From positions 9,160-73,159 of the forward strand of contig ADNK01002458.1 in assembly GCA_000320545.1 (NCBI GenBank): a DNA stretch of 64,000 nucleotides, written 5' to 3'. Below the pieces are notes generated by a model that did no database searches, was not told where the DNA came from, and worked only from the letters and a program-made list of their open reading frames with translations. This document shows positions 53,832-64,000 of the stretch, one piece after another; position 1 is the first letter of the stretch; the number at the start of each line of letters is the position of its first letter. This DNA comes from Bigelowiella natans CCMP2755. Lineage: Eukaryota > Protista > Cercozoa. A program made the translations under genes and the position numbers.

Positions 53832-54910
53832 ATTTGTAGCCAGGGAGCTGATTATTCTCTTTACTGTATGCAGAAGAGCATGGTAGTAGTAGTAGTAGTA
53901 GCAGTAGTAGTAGTAGTAGTATGTTCACTTACTTTGTTTGATTTTAGCTCCATGCTTAATCAAAATGATGATGCATTCGGTTCGGCCTAACATCGCGGCT
54001 AGCACTAGCGCCGTGTTTCCATAGCTAAACCGGTTTGTTATATATAGATTAATGTTAGGAGGAACATTCTAATTTTGAGAAATCAAAAATATATCGAGAA
54101 GGGGCGACCTATCTTGAGAGTTAACATCATATTTTTGCTCTTCCAATAGTTTCTGGATTAGCAGGCGTAGAGGCAATAAATAGCGGATGTGAAGAAATGA
54201 CCAATCATACATGATTTTTGTGCAATGACGGCTGTCTACTACAGTAAGTTCTGCTACCACCTTGAGAGACTTGGCATCATTCTCACAAACCATCCTGTGC
54301 ATTCGTAGCGTGCGCTGATATTCGCGAGGAAAAATTGACACGGAAACACAAAACGACGATTTATCATGGTCATAGGTCCATTTTTTCCCCTTGCCATCAT
54401 CGTCGTGGTCTTGCAGAGGTGCCTTTACTAGGTAGCGATCAATCTCCTAAGGTGCAGCAAAGGTAATGACAACGACGATGACGACGACAGGGCTAGTTGT
54501 TAAGATTTGTGCGTGCTCTGCATCACTCCTGCCAAAGGAACGATGAGGAAATAAGGAGGGTATTTTATGTGTCTGCCCTTGTGGTGTTGCTCATCATGGT
54601 GGTACAAAAACAACAACCGAAAATGCCCTGAAATCGTAGACGTCTTTTGATTCAAGAAGCAGCTCTTTTTTCTTCCCAGATTTCAAAGCTGCGCCGTCGA
54701 CGAGATCGATACTCACTGTAACCTTTGATATTGATATGATGGCGCATATATTAGAGTTCGAAATGAAGTAGAAATTCAGCACATACAACTTACCAATGGG
54801 TAGGGGACAACAACATCGTTTTCATCTTCATCCAGGGTGCCACTGCGCTTGCAATCGCGATCCAAATGACGACTATCACTGGCTTGAGGACAAGAAGATG
54901 CATCATCCAT
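48055..54910 (-). CDS. ANKRD13: ANKRD13-family protein (N-terminal ankyrin repeats, C-terminal GPCR-chaperone/DUF3424 domain) with an N-terminal extension
   Basis: MHRMVCENDAKSLK, DVNSQDR|YGNTALVLAAMLGRTECIIILIKHGA, NKEGWSALNEAISYGN, HPNISKLRNFL, GFPIKLTLPVFPTISADVTF and SMFELPDEY. The start is approximate. Confidence 0.82.
48460..53930. repeat. Dense intronic microsatellite arrays (CAT, TAG, GGA, GA, GT, TA) in ANKRD13 introns; similar arrays occur in ELYS, SOUL, the HECT 3' end, 40200-42200 and the NADH dehydrogenase gene
   Basis: Directly visible perfect and compound tandem arrays in nearly every longer intron. Confidence 0.95.
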
Positions 54911-55113
54911 TTTGTTTTCTCTTTGATTCGTTTGCTTCCCTCCACAGGAAGCGGGCGTGAGGGGAGGCACTAATTACTTAGTAGTGTTCGGTTCGGAAAT
55001 AGCTTCTTCCATTCATCATCCTCACGATCATCAAATTCTACAATACAAATTGTGGAAAAACTCCCCTATGATTATCCCAAGAGACGACACCAAGCTCATG
55101 TCGCTCAAACATT

Positions 55114-55484
55114 ATGGATGAAAGCACACTGTAAAGTTCCTGTGTAAACGTCGACGTGAAAGCTAGTTTTGAAGGGGATTATTCCACCAGGCGACAAGTA
55201 TTTCTTTGAGACGCAATCAGAAAACATCATGGATTTATTTCCAGATTCTCCCACAATCCAGATCCTCCAAGCGAACGGCAGCCATGCAGAAGCTTAAGCA
55301 GATTGGGTAAACCTTGAGTTGTGCTGTGTCCATTTGGACGCGAGAATAATGAGCTAAGCCTCTCCATGTTTATTTTAGGTGCCCCATGTATAATGATGCA
55401 GTGGCTTGGGGTCTGGTCATAACAGCGGAATTAATGGTCGCAACAGTTATACTTGGAGCAGCTTTCGCAACTCTTTCTCAATGA
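55114..55484 (+). CDS. 63-aa putative tail-anchored membrane microprotein with 4 exons, including a 7-nt microexon
   Basis: Exons 55114-55130, 55191-55197, 55245-55306 and 55379-55484, all GT-AG, total 192 nt and give MDESTLRQILPQSRSSKRTAAMQKLKQIGCPMYNDAVAWGLVITAELMVATVILGAAFATLSQ*. Confidence 0.5.
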
Positions 55485-56289
55485 TAACATGTGGCAGTCT
55501 CAACAGTATATACAGACTCTATAATTTGGATCATATTTTGGCAAGCATTTAGAGGGTCCACATTAACTTGTTCGTTCAATGATTTTAGCAGAGTCGAGTA
55601 ATAAGAGGCAATAATGTAGTAAACATAGATGGATTCTGATTCGGATGAGGACAACGATGAGCAATAAATGAGCACAAGAAATTCATTCATTAAATACATT
55701 TGACGAAAAACAAATGAAGATTTGAATTGCTGCCGCAGCTTCACACAGCGCACGTATCTGTAGGCAGACGCCCAAATTTCATTATGCTATGTGCTCCATC
55801 TGGTGCTTTCATCAAGTGCTACTCTTTGTAATTTATTGTCGCATCAATGCACTCAAGCTTATTAATTTGCACAATTTTGCAAAATGCAGTATGTGATATA
55901 AATCATCCGCGCGACATCAACAGTCGTTGACTTTGGACATTCATACGCACGTATACGTACGTTGCACAGTTACAGTAGGATGACCATTGAAAAGACTTAA
56001 TTTGTTCATAAAAGATTTAATTTATTCATTACATCCGTCTCATACGTACATCTGCATGCAAAACTTTATTCTGTGTCGTTGCGATGTTACTGTCTCCAAC
56101 CATACACCCATTGCCTTACTGTCTATTGTCATGGCCATGCAAAAGCATCCTACAAATAATATTTTTTGTTTAGTGTGTTATTGACAAATGCGGAGGCGTT
56201 ATCATAATTGGTGCAATGATACGACGCGTTGCAAAGCTATAGTCAGGACAGTCGCACTTCTACTTCCACTGAAGCACATCATATTTGCA

Positions 56290-59200
56290 AGTTATGAGGG
56301 GGGAGATCTACGAAGAATACACTCATGTTTTTGAAGAGCAACTTGACAATACATTTGCATAAAAAAAGTCCGTCTGGTCGACAGGAGCTCCCGTTGAGTT
56401 AGCAGCTCACTCAGATGCTTACAATTTGCTCTTGTGAATTGACCATCCTTAAGAAACGAATCAATGCGAATGATAGAAACCCAGAAAGGGAAATCCTGGT
56501 GAAGAAAATGGAGGTCAATGCTCCGTTGCAAAGATAGCAATCTATACGTGATTCAATGGCGAAGTAAGTCCAAAGGACGGCTTCGAGAAGTAAAGTGATC
56601 AGAATCCCGTTTCTGCATTCAGAAAGGTAACCTATTAAAGCTTTTCCGTTGGCCATTAACCTTTTGTGTGTGTCACGAATAGGCTTCCTTGTACGGACAA
56701 TGCCATCTTCGCTACTGCTGCGGTCATCTTTTTCTATTTTCTTTTCTATTTTCTTTTCATTTTTGTTATCTAACGATCTATTTTTTCTTAGATTGACACC
56801 AGGTTTAGGCAATAGGGTATCCTCAGTTGCGACAGGATTAGAGTTGGTACCATCTTTGCTCACGCGGTCTCTGAAACGAATGGGTGCAGGAGTCATTTTT
56901 GGATCTGACAATAGCCTGAGACTTCTCTGGGATCTTCTAGGAGAAGTTTGCGACGCCTTTTCATGGATTCCACTGTCTGGACTCATTGTAGGCTCGAGCA
57001 TACTTCCAGAACTACGGTTCGAATTCTCAGCAGAACTATTGACTCGCACAGTTTCGGAACTTCTAATGAAGTGCGTAGCTTCATAACTCCGGTTTAAAGG
57101 CCCAGAAAATTGACGCATATGATCGGTGCTCGTGCTAGAAAAAGTTGTGGTTAGTCCACTGCTGGATGCACTCCTTTTTGTCGCATAGCTACCATCTGTC
57201 AAAACTCCCTCGCTTTTGGAAGGTGCTTTCCATCTAGTTTCAATTTTCTCACCCTCTTTTTGGAAGCTTTTTAAGATGAATCTGTTTGGAGATAATGATG
57301 ACATCTTTGCCTGGCCGACCACTTTGCCAGTGTTTGCATTAACAGGATTGGGAACGTCATTATTTGTCCCGCGATCGATAGATTTTTGGTTAATCATGGT
57401 CTCTTGCCGACCAGCAGCAGATGTTATGGCTCTCATCTCAACTCCATATGAAGGCGAACGGCTCCGCTGCGGTCGCGACACCTTCGTTATCGAATCTTTG
57501 CTCTGAGTCTGATTGATTTTAGATCTCATGGCCGCGGCCATTTCTAATCGCTTGCGCGAGAATCTCAGGGAGCGAGATGATGAAAACGACCGATGTCCAC
57601 TAGGTGCACGGGAAGAGCCTACCACCTGAATGCAGCACCGTGAAACCAAAGATTCACTCCTCAGATTGATATTTATATCCAACAGAAATGGAAAGGAAGT
57701 GTTACTAGTGAAAGTAGTTCTCAAGTAATTTTATCTTTGGGAATATTTCATATCGTATGACCTCCTCAGTCTTCGGTAATATGCCAAGAATTCTTTGGCT
57801 TTTTTCCCTCCTCGAATCCAGAAGCTGAATCCTCTTCTTTTCGCGACGCTCAACTTTATGCAGTAGCGTCTTCATCTGCATCCTTGATTTGTGTATGGAA
57901 ATACCGCTTGAAACTGCAAGAAATGAAGCAACGAGAGCTTGAAGAAAACGCGAAATCGTGCCCCTTTCATATGGATACAGAACTGAAGAGAGCCCCCAAA
58001 GGATGAAAAGCGCAACATCTATGATAATCTCGAGGAAATTTTTGTATCTGGAAAAAGGTGAAACATTCTTCACGAAGCATCGAACCAGGCCGAACTGAAG
58101 TGGAAGACCGCCAGATATAGCAAGAAGGACGGAGACTTGAATGGGGAGGTAGTCGCTAGCTGTGCTTAAAATCAAAACCTCAACTAGCGCATCGATGCCA
58201 AAGCCTATGAAAGTAAATTTGAGTTGATTCGATATCACAGATGCAGGAATCGGAAAAAAGGGGTCGGACGCATAAATCAACTACCAATCAAAGATGCCGT
58301 GAGTAAAATTTCGTACTCAAATTTCTTTCGTGCTGTTGTTTTTAAGCCTCGACTGCTATATCTCTGAATGATTGTAAGTGCGATCGCTACGAAGAGCCGA
58401 ACACAGGCTAATGTTCTGCATGTTTCTACTTTCCCTGACAGAGGACAAAATAGAATCCGTCACATTTTCAATAACTAAAATTTGAAACTGCACTAGAAAT
58501 GCTTCAACGAAATTTGACGACGACCTTCGTTTGAGTAGTACGAGCACGATAATCGAAAGTCACAAGATGTGTCCTCCATGTTTTGAACCGTAGCTGCGAA
58601 CTTCAAATGTAGAATTTCAAAAACGGATGCCAATTCTCAGAGAATTTACCTTCGCGACATGGACTATCACCACTCTTACCCTCTAAAATCAATCCTCGTA
58701 CGGCCGAATTAAAGTGAGGGCTGTGAGAGGCACCTCCAAACGCATGATGTTTGATGTATGCGACATCGAAGTTTGATGACGAAGGTAACGATGATGCAAT
58801 GGAAATGCTAGTTTTGGCTGAGGTAAAGAAACATAGGAGGATTGGTGGGTACGTCAAACCCCATTTCTCAGGAGAACAACGCAACTGCTTATTTCCTCAA
58901 AACTCAACAATATCACCCAGCTGCTTGGAATATGAGTGCAGCAGTTCCTGTAGGTCAAAACAGAGGGAGGACAGACAGCAGTCCCAACGGGGGGGCTCTC
59001 GTGCGAGAAAGAGGCCAGGGTCTGCATTTCACAAAGATGTTCCATAATCAGTGGTTCATAGACGATAAGATGTTTGTGCGTCTATGCAGATCCGCATGGC
59101 GAGGATAGGAAACTACGTGAGTCGAAATAACTTATTTAATTCATTCATTGTAACACCCTCTTTTCCTTTCATCACTCTGCAATAGCAGTAGAGTCAGATC

Positions 59201-60300
59201 CAGTTACAGAGAAAAGCTCAACAAAGCGAGAAGCCTTCGAAGTTCGATCAGGATTCGGGGTTTGTCTGGATGCCTTGGCCACACTCTCAACACATTTCTC
59301 TTGCCACTCGCCAGTATCAGGATTAATATTCTGGGCATTAACGATTACGGTTCCACAAATCTTCAAATTCTTTTTGCACTAGAAGCAATTGAAGACGAAA
59401 ATTAGGGATTATGTATTGCCGTCAAAGCTCTTATGATGCTTGTTGCAGGTTCTTTGTCTTCAAACTCTACCAGCATCCAAAGAGTCGAAGATATTAATAA
59501 CTCTACCATCAAGCAGAGACCTGATTCTACCAAGGTTTCCTCTTTCCCCTCTGAGATGGTGATGAATCGGTCTGATGGTGACAGGGATGCAAATGTTGTT
59601 TATGTGTGGGAAGCAAAGGCATTTGCAATTGTGTTTGATGTGTTAGCAAGCGCAGAAATGTGTGTGAAAGAATTCTACATGTGTATAGTTCAATGTGCAA
59701 GGCGATAATCTCTCGGCGCCTCAGCATGGAATCCACGATAAATCTCCTCAACTGGTAGCAGCTGCGTTATGATTTTTCATTAAATAAAACTATCTCCGTC
59801 ACTATATGATCATTGTAGTTCTGATTCAGAATTCTCACCATTGTCGTTGCCATCAGTAGCAAACATTGTATATTCCTCACTCACTGAACCACTATCTCAG
59901 CATCATCTTGGTCTCACACTGATATCGTATAGGTATACGGGCTGGAAAGTTCATGTGCAGGTAGTCGTGTGTGTATCAAAGTGTATGTAGCCAGGTTGAG
60001 GTTTTTGGTGGTGCTTTAGTCATATAACCTTCAAACTTGGAATAAGGTGGAAATGACCGCTCGATATATGGAGCGGCTGTTTAGATATTCCTACTGACTC
60101 ATTCTATTGTTTCCGTTCACCTTTTGCTCTAAACAACACCAAGGCAGCAGAGGGTCAAACAGTGTATGATTTCCTCCTCGAGGCATCTCCATGGGTTGTT
60201 ACTGGAACTTGCAACTTTTCAGAACCGTGTGTATAAATAACCTAAGAATATCCGCAACCTTTGCCAACCGTCTGTTGTCTCCTGATTCAATTGTGTTTGC
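56290..60300 (-). CDS. Multi-pass (about 7 TM) GPCR-like membrane protein with a long Ser/Arg-rich loop before the last two helices and a probable N-terminal ectodomain; both ends uncertain
   Basis: Spliced ...CDFRLSCSYYSNEG|KVETCRTLACVRLFVAIALTIIQRY...YEILLTASLIG|FGIDALVEVLIL...VALFILWGLSSVLY...LVASFLAVSSG, then a ~350-aa polar loop, then GILITLLLEAVLWTYFAI and SIFFTRISLSGFLSFALIRFL. Joining the 58600-60300 exons to this gene is inference. Confidence 0.5.
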
Positions 60301-60698
60301 TGTAGATACAACAATGTCATCACCACATTTACAATCTACGCCACAATTTGTTCGTCAAAGTGACATCATAACTATGATGATCATCATCCATTGTCAGATT
60401 GGTTTGGGACATATTCAAAACATATCCTGCAACAGCTGTAGAGCAGCGGACTATGTAAGTTTGTTGCTTGGGGGGGGTGGTATATATAGTGATGGTGGCG
60501 ATGAGACTGCAAATTCATATCTCTGTATTGTCTGGAACTCTGTCGGCTCACGTACATGTGTTTGTGTTTGTGTTTGTGTTTGTGTGTGTGTGTGTGTGTG
60601 TGTGCTGTTGTGTACGATTGTTTGGGACAAAAATATGTTGCTGGCTTGCTCGTCATCACATCACCAGGCCAACTTTGTTTAACGAGCTGCTTGCTGAC

Positions 60699-61179
60699 AT
60701 GAAAGAAATCCTGGCAATTATGACCACCAGCGTCAGTGCATTGGCACTCATTGGAGTTTTAGCAGCAGCAGCAGCAGGTTAAAAAGCGAGGGGGGAAGAA
60801 CACAAAGTACCATAGTAGACCAAAATGATACAATTGAGCTCGCAGACTTAAGTTGAATAATTTTGATGCCGCCAAGAATAAATATGCGCAGTAGCAACAG
60901 CTCGTTTTCATTTTTTATTCGTCAGGTATGGATATGCTCTCATCGACCAAAAAATCTCCAAAATTCGTGTGGGCGTTTGCCACTATGATAGGGTATATGG
61001 GTGGGTTTCCGGAGCCCCCCCACTGCTTTCAAGCATTGATATCACAGTACGCAGGTCTGCGGTGGATTCTAGTTTTTGTTTTGATTTGGCAAGGAGGTGG
61101 TGATCAGAACGTCCAGATATCTGTGGTAACAACGGCTGCAGCGTTGATGCTAACATTGACTCTTAATTTAATTTATTAA
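60699..61179 (+). CDS. Small hydrophobic membrane protein (GGFPEPP...WILVFVLIWQGGG motif); may start upstream
   Basis: MKEILAIMTTSVSALALIGVLAAAAA|GMDMLSS...LNLIY* with an in-frame GT-AG intron and 3-4 hydrophobic segments. Confidence 0.65.
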
Positions 61180-61775
61180 ATTAAACAAAGCAGCTCAGCA
61201 AAAGTTGTATGATGATTACGGCATGCCTGTGCTGGCTGGCGGCCGACTAGGACCCAGCTGCTACAGCACACGATATATACATATGACTACAAGAAGCTAA
61301 CATGGACAAATCAATGGTGCGTCAGTGATGACCACATTCTACTACGTCATTTGCGTCGGCCATGCCAAAGATTCATAATGCAGGCCGCGTCTTATTACAC
61401 GATGTACACACTAGCACGTGCCATCTATTGTACCTTCGATTCTCATAGCTATGCACACGTTGTGCTTATGCAAACATTTGTTGAGAGAGCTCGCCTAACA
61501 ACATGTCGTTAGTGTACATACTGCATTCTGATGTCTTGAACATGCACTATATCACCGCACAGAATTAACAGGTGTATGTGCATGTACATGAGTGGCTTGC
61601 GGTACGCGCCACTATTTGACATACATAGCATCTTGCTTCCTGGCGACCCACAAAGTGAGTGTAATCGTCCAATGTTGATAGATGGATTATTTTGATATCA
61701 TGTGGAAGAAATAACATGATAAGTGAATCATCAAACTTCTAATCATGAGAGCGGTATTTTAGCACTGCACAAGCA

Positions 61776-64000
61776 CTATTGCTCTCTTGCTTGGAAGGTG
61801 TTGGTGGCCGTGTACGTGGTGGGGCTTGTGATGTCACGACCAAAAAGATAAGTTCTTACCCAATCCCCGCATATGGCCTAAAACAACAATTGAAGGTGAA
61901 TCCATGACGGCATTTATTTGGCGACGGATCAAACAATATGCAAAAGAGCCAGCCAGCAACCAACATCGATTATAAGAATAAATTAAAATTCTGACCCTTT
62001 CTACTAAATTTATCGTTGTTACTACTGCTACATCTACCACTAACAATCACAATAATAATAGTAACAATAGTAACGATATCACTTTCACACTGTGTCATGA
62101 ATCTTCACTCAACCATTCTATTCCTAGCGGAGAGCAGCATGGAGAAGTACACCGAGCGCCAGATCATAAAACCGGACTGCCCAACGATGCGAGGTTCTCC
62201 GACAGCAGAGTGTATTGACCTCCAAAAGTTGTAGTCGATAGCTTGAGTGGGATCCCCCCCCTTTTTACTTGAAGAGGAAGAAGAAGATGAAGAAGACGTT
62301 CCCTGCAGCAAGCACATTGAATCAATCTACCAAAACAGAAGCTGGCACATATTTAGCTACTTTATTCATTCTCCAAAGCGCTCGGAGAGATGGGGCAAAC
62401 GTGTGCATAGGATGCATGCATATTCGGTAAGCATTGTACTGCTACTACTACTACTACTACTACTACTACTAATAATAATAATAATACGACTGATATTAAT
62501 GAGTCTACGCATTGTGCTAATCAAAGAGAATAATACTGATCACAAGGCCACGTACCGATCCAATTTCAACGACGCCCTCGCCGCTACCAATGTACGCCAT
62601 TTTCCCCTGCAATCATCATTGGAATATTAAAGGGAGAAAACTATTCAGTTCTCATATCTGAATACATGTTGGGGAAAAACAAACCCACCCACGAGACCAC
62701 TACAACAAACTACTTCGACTACCTTATCGTTATACGTGAATTCAGGAACGACAAATTGAGCTCCTTCATCATATGCTGCCACCTAACAGGTTTTCAACCC
62801 AAACACACACCAACACATATCAATTTGTAAATATATATATATACATATATATTTTTATTCATATGCTTGTGTGTGTGTGTGGGTAAAATATAGCACGTTA
62901 TAGAAAATTCCAAGTAGCATACGTAGATAGTAGGTGGCTAATAGAGCAGATATATGTCGTTCTTAGTGGTAGGTAGACCACGTACGAAAACAACTAACCT
63001 GTGCACTATTATCATCATCATCTTTTTCTGTGACAATGGCACCCTTTTGCCTCCTCTGCTGGAATTCTTTGCGAAGTATTCTTCCCAGGTATTTTCCTAA
63101 GGTTTTGTTGATGTTGTTTGACTCAAACCGAGTGGTAGGTTTTACCACTCCCTCAGCAACTGGATCAGGCAGAGGTGTGAATATAATGATGATTATGATG
63201 ATAATGATGATAATGATGATGATGGTAATGATGGCATTGCATCCTGGCAACAAGTTTGTCTCTCCTACCTTGCTGCGCCGCAACCTGAGCTGTTGGAGGA
63301 AGACCACTTACCTAATAAACAAATGAATGATTAGATTCAAAAATAAATAAATACGACTAGTAGTAGTAGGGCAATGACGTCATCACTTAACTGCCACTTA
63401 CCAACATCAAACAATCTCCCCCCCCGCCCCCTTGTATTTATCTATCTATCTATCTGAAGTGTTGCAATCATCAACATTGAGCAGAATCACCATCATCATC
63501 ATCATCATCATCGTTTCTCATTTCATCACGCTCACCGCGCAGTCTCCGATCGCATAGACGTCTCCCTCTTTCGTTCCCTTGACTCGAAGATGCTTATCTA
63601 CCACGAGACCCCTCCTTGAGTTCTGCCCCCCCTCCTTCCCAACCGCTGCGATCAGATGTGACACTACAGGTCGGGTGGTAATACCAGCTGCCCACACTAG
63701 CATTCCATAGTCTAGGGTATGAAGCTCCTTCGACTTAGCATCTTTGATGGTAGCGGTGGTAGGTCCCACCTCAGCGACAAACTTGTTGGTTTTTATGTCA
63801 ATAGCACTCTTCTGCAGGTGCGACTGCGCGTAACTAGCTAGCTGCTCATCAAACATGGAGAGGATGCGGGGAAGCCCTTCCACCAGTGTCACGCGCACTC
63901 GGCTCGCAATTTCGGGAAACCTTTTGAGGGGGGGGGGGTTGGGGGGGGGGGGCGACCCGGAGGGCGGGGGGCGGTTGAATACATGTTTCGTTTTGAGGGA
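61776..64000 (-). CDS. Type II (alternative) NADH:ubiquinone oxidoreductase, 5' part beyond the window
   Basis: RVTLVEGLPRILSMFD, GMLVWAAGI, RGLVVDKHLRVKG, VYAIGDCA, LPPTAQVAAQQG, GKMAYIG, IWRSVYFSMLLSARNR and DWVRTYLFGRDI. Confidence 0.93.

Noticed and set aside
48281-53990. ORFs with poly-I, poly-V, poly-L, poly-D or CVCVCV tracts that look like TM or metal-binding proteins
   Set aside because: Translations of intronic microsatellites.
58356-58565. Apparent in-frame TGA before a hydrophobic stretch (IL*LSIIVLVLLKR), suggesting recoding or a pseudogene
   Set aside because: A different frame (EDTSCDFRLSCSYY) is open and splices in frame into the TM exons.
1-64000. CRISPR arrays, tRNA or rRNA genes, intact transposase, reverse transcriptase or virophage genes
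   Set aside because: No regularly spaced repeat-spacer array, cloverleaf, rRNA signature or mobile-element ORF was seen.

Overview
Gene-dense, intron-rich eukaryotic nuclear DNA in the standard code, with GT-AG introns often packed with di- and trinucleotide microsatellites. A bipartite signal-plus-transit presequence suggests an alga with a secondary plastid, most likely a chlorarachniophyte (inference). About 15 protein genes were reconstructed by hand across introns: a partial hypothetical, a small basic SERF/At2g23090-like protein, ELYS, a plastid-targeted DUF2358-SOUL protein, CstF-64, a giant multidomain HECT E3, an ankyrin protein, SPRTN, a hypothetical, a CEP131-like protein, ANKRD13, a 63-aa microexon-encoded membrane protein, a GPCR-like 7TM protein, a small giant-virus-like membrane protein and a partial type II NADH dehydrogenase. 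Three things stand out. (1) Non-genic tracts have lost almost all TpA dinucleotides except inside CTAG, and repeat copies there differ by TA/TG/CA swaps, the footprint of a RIP-like but A-to-G hypermutation process. (2) A roughly 780-nt intergenic element with many long-range helices and a group I intron-like core order lies between CstF-64 and the HECT gene. (3) Thirteen consecutive genes alternate strand. Exon boundaries and counts were read by eye and are approximate.
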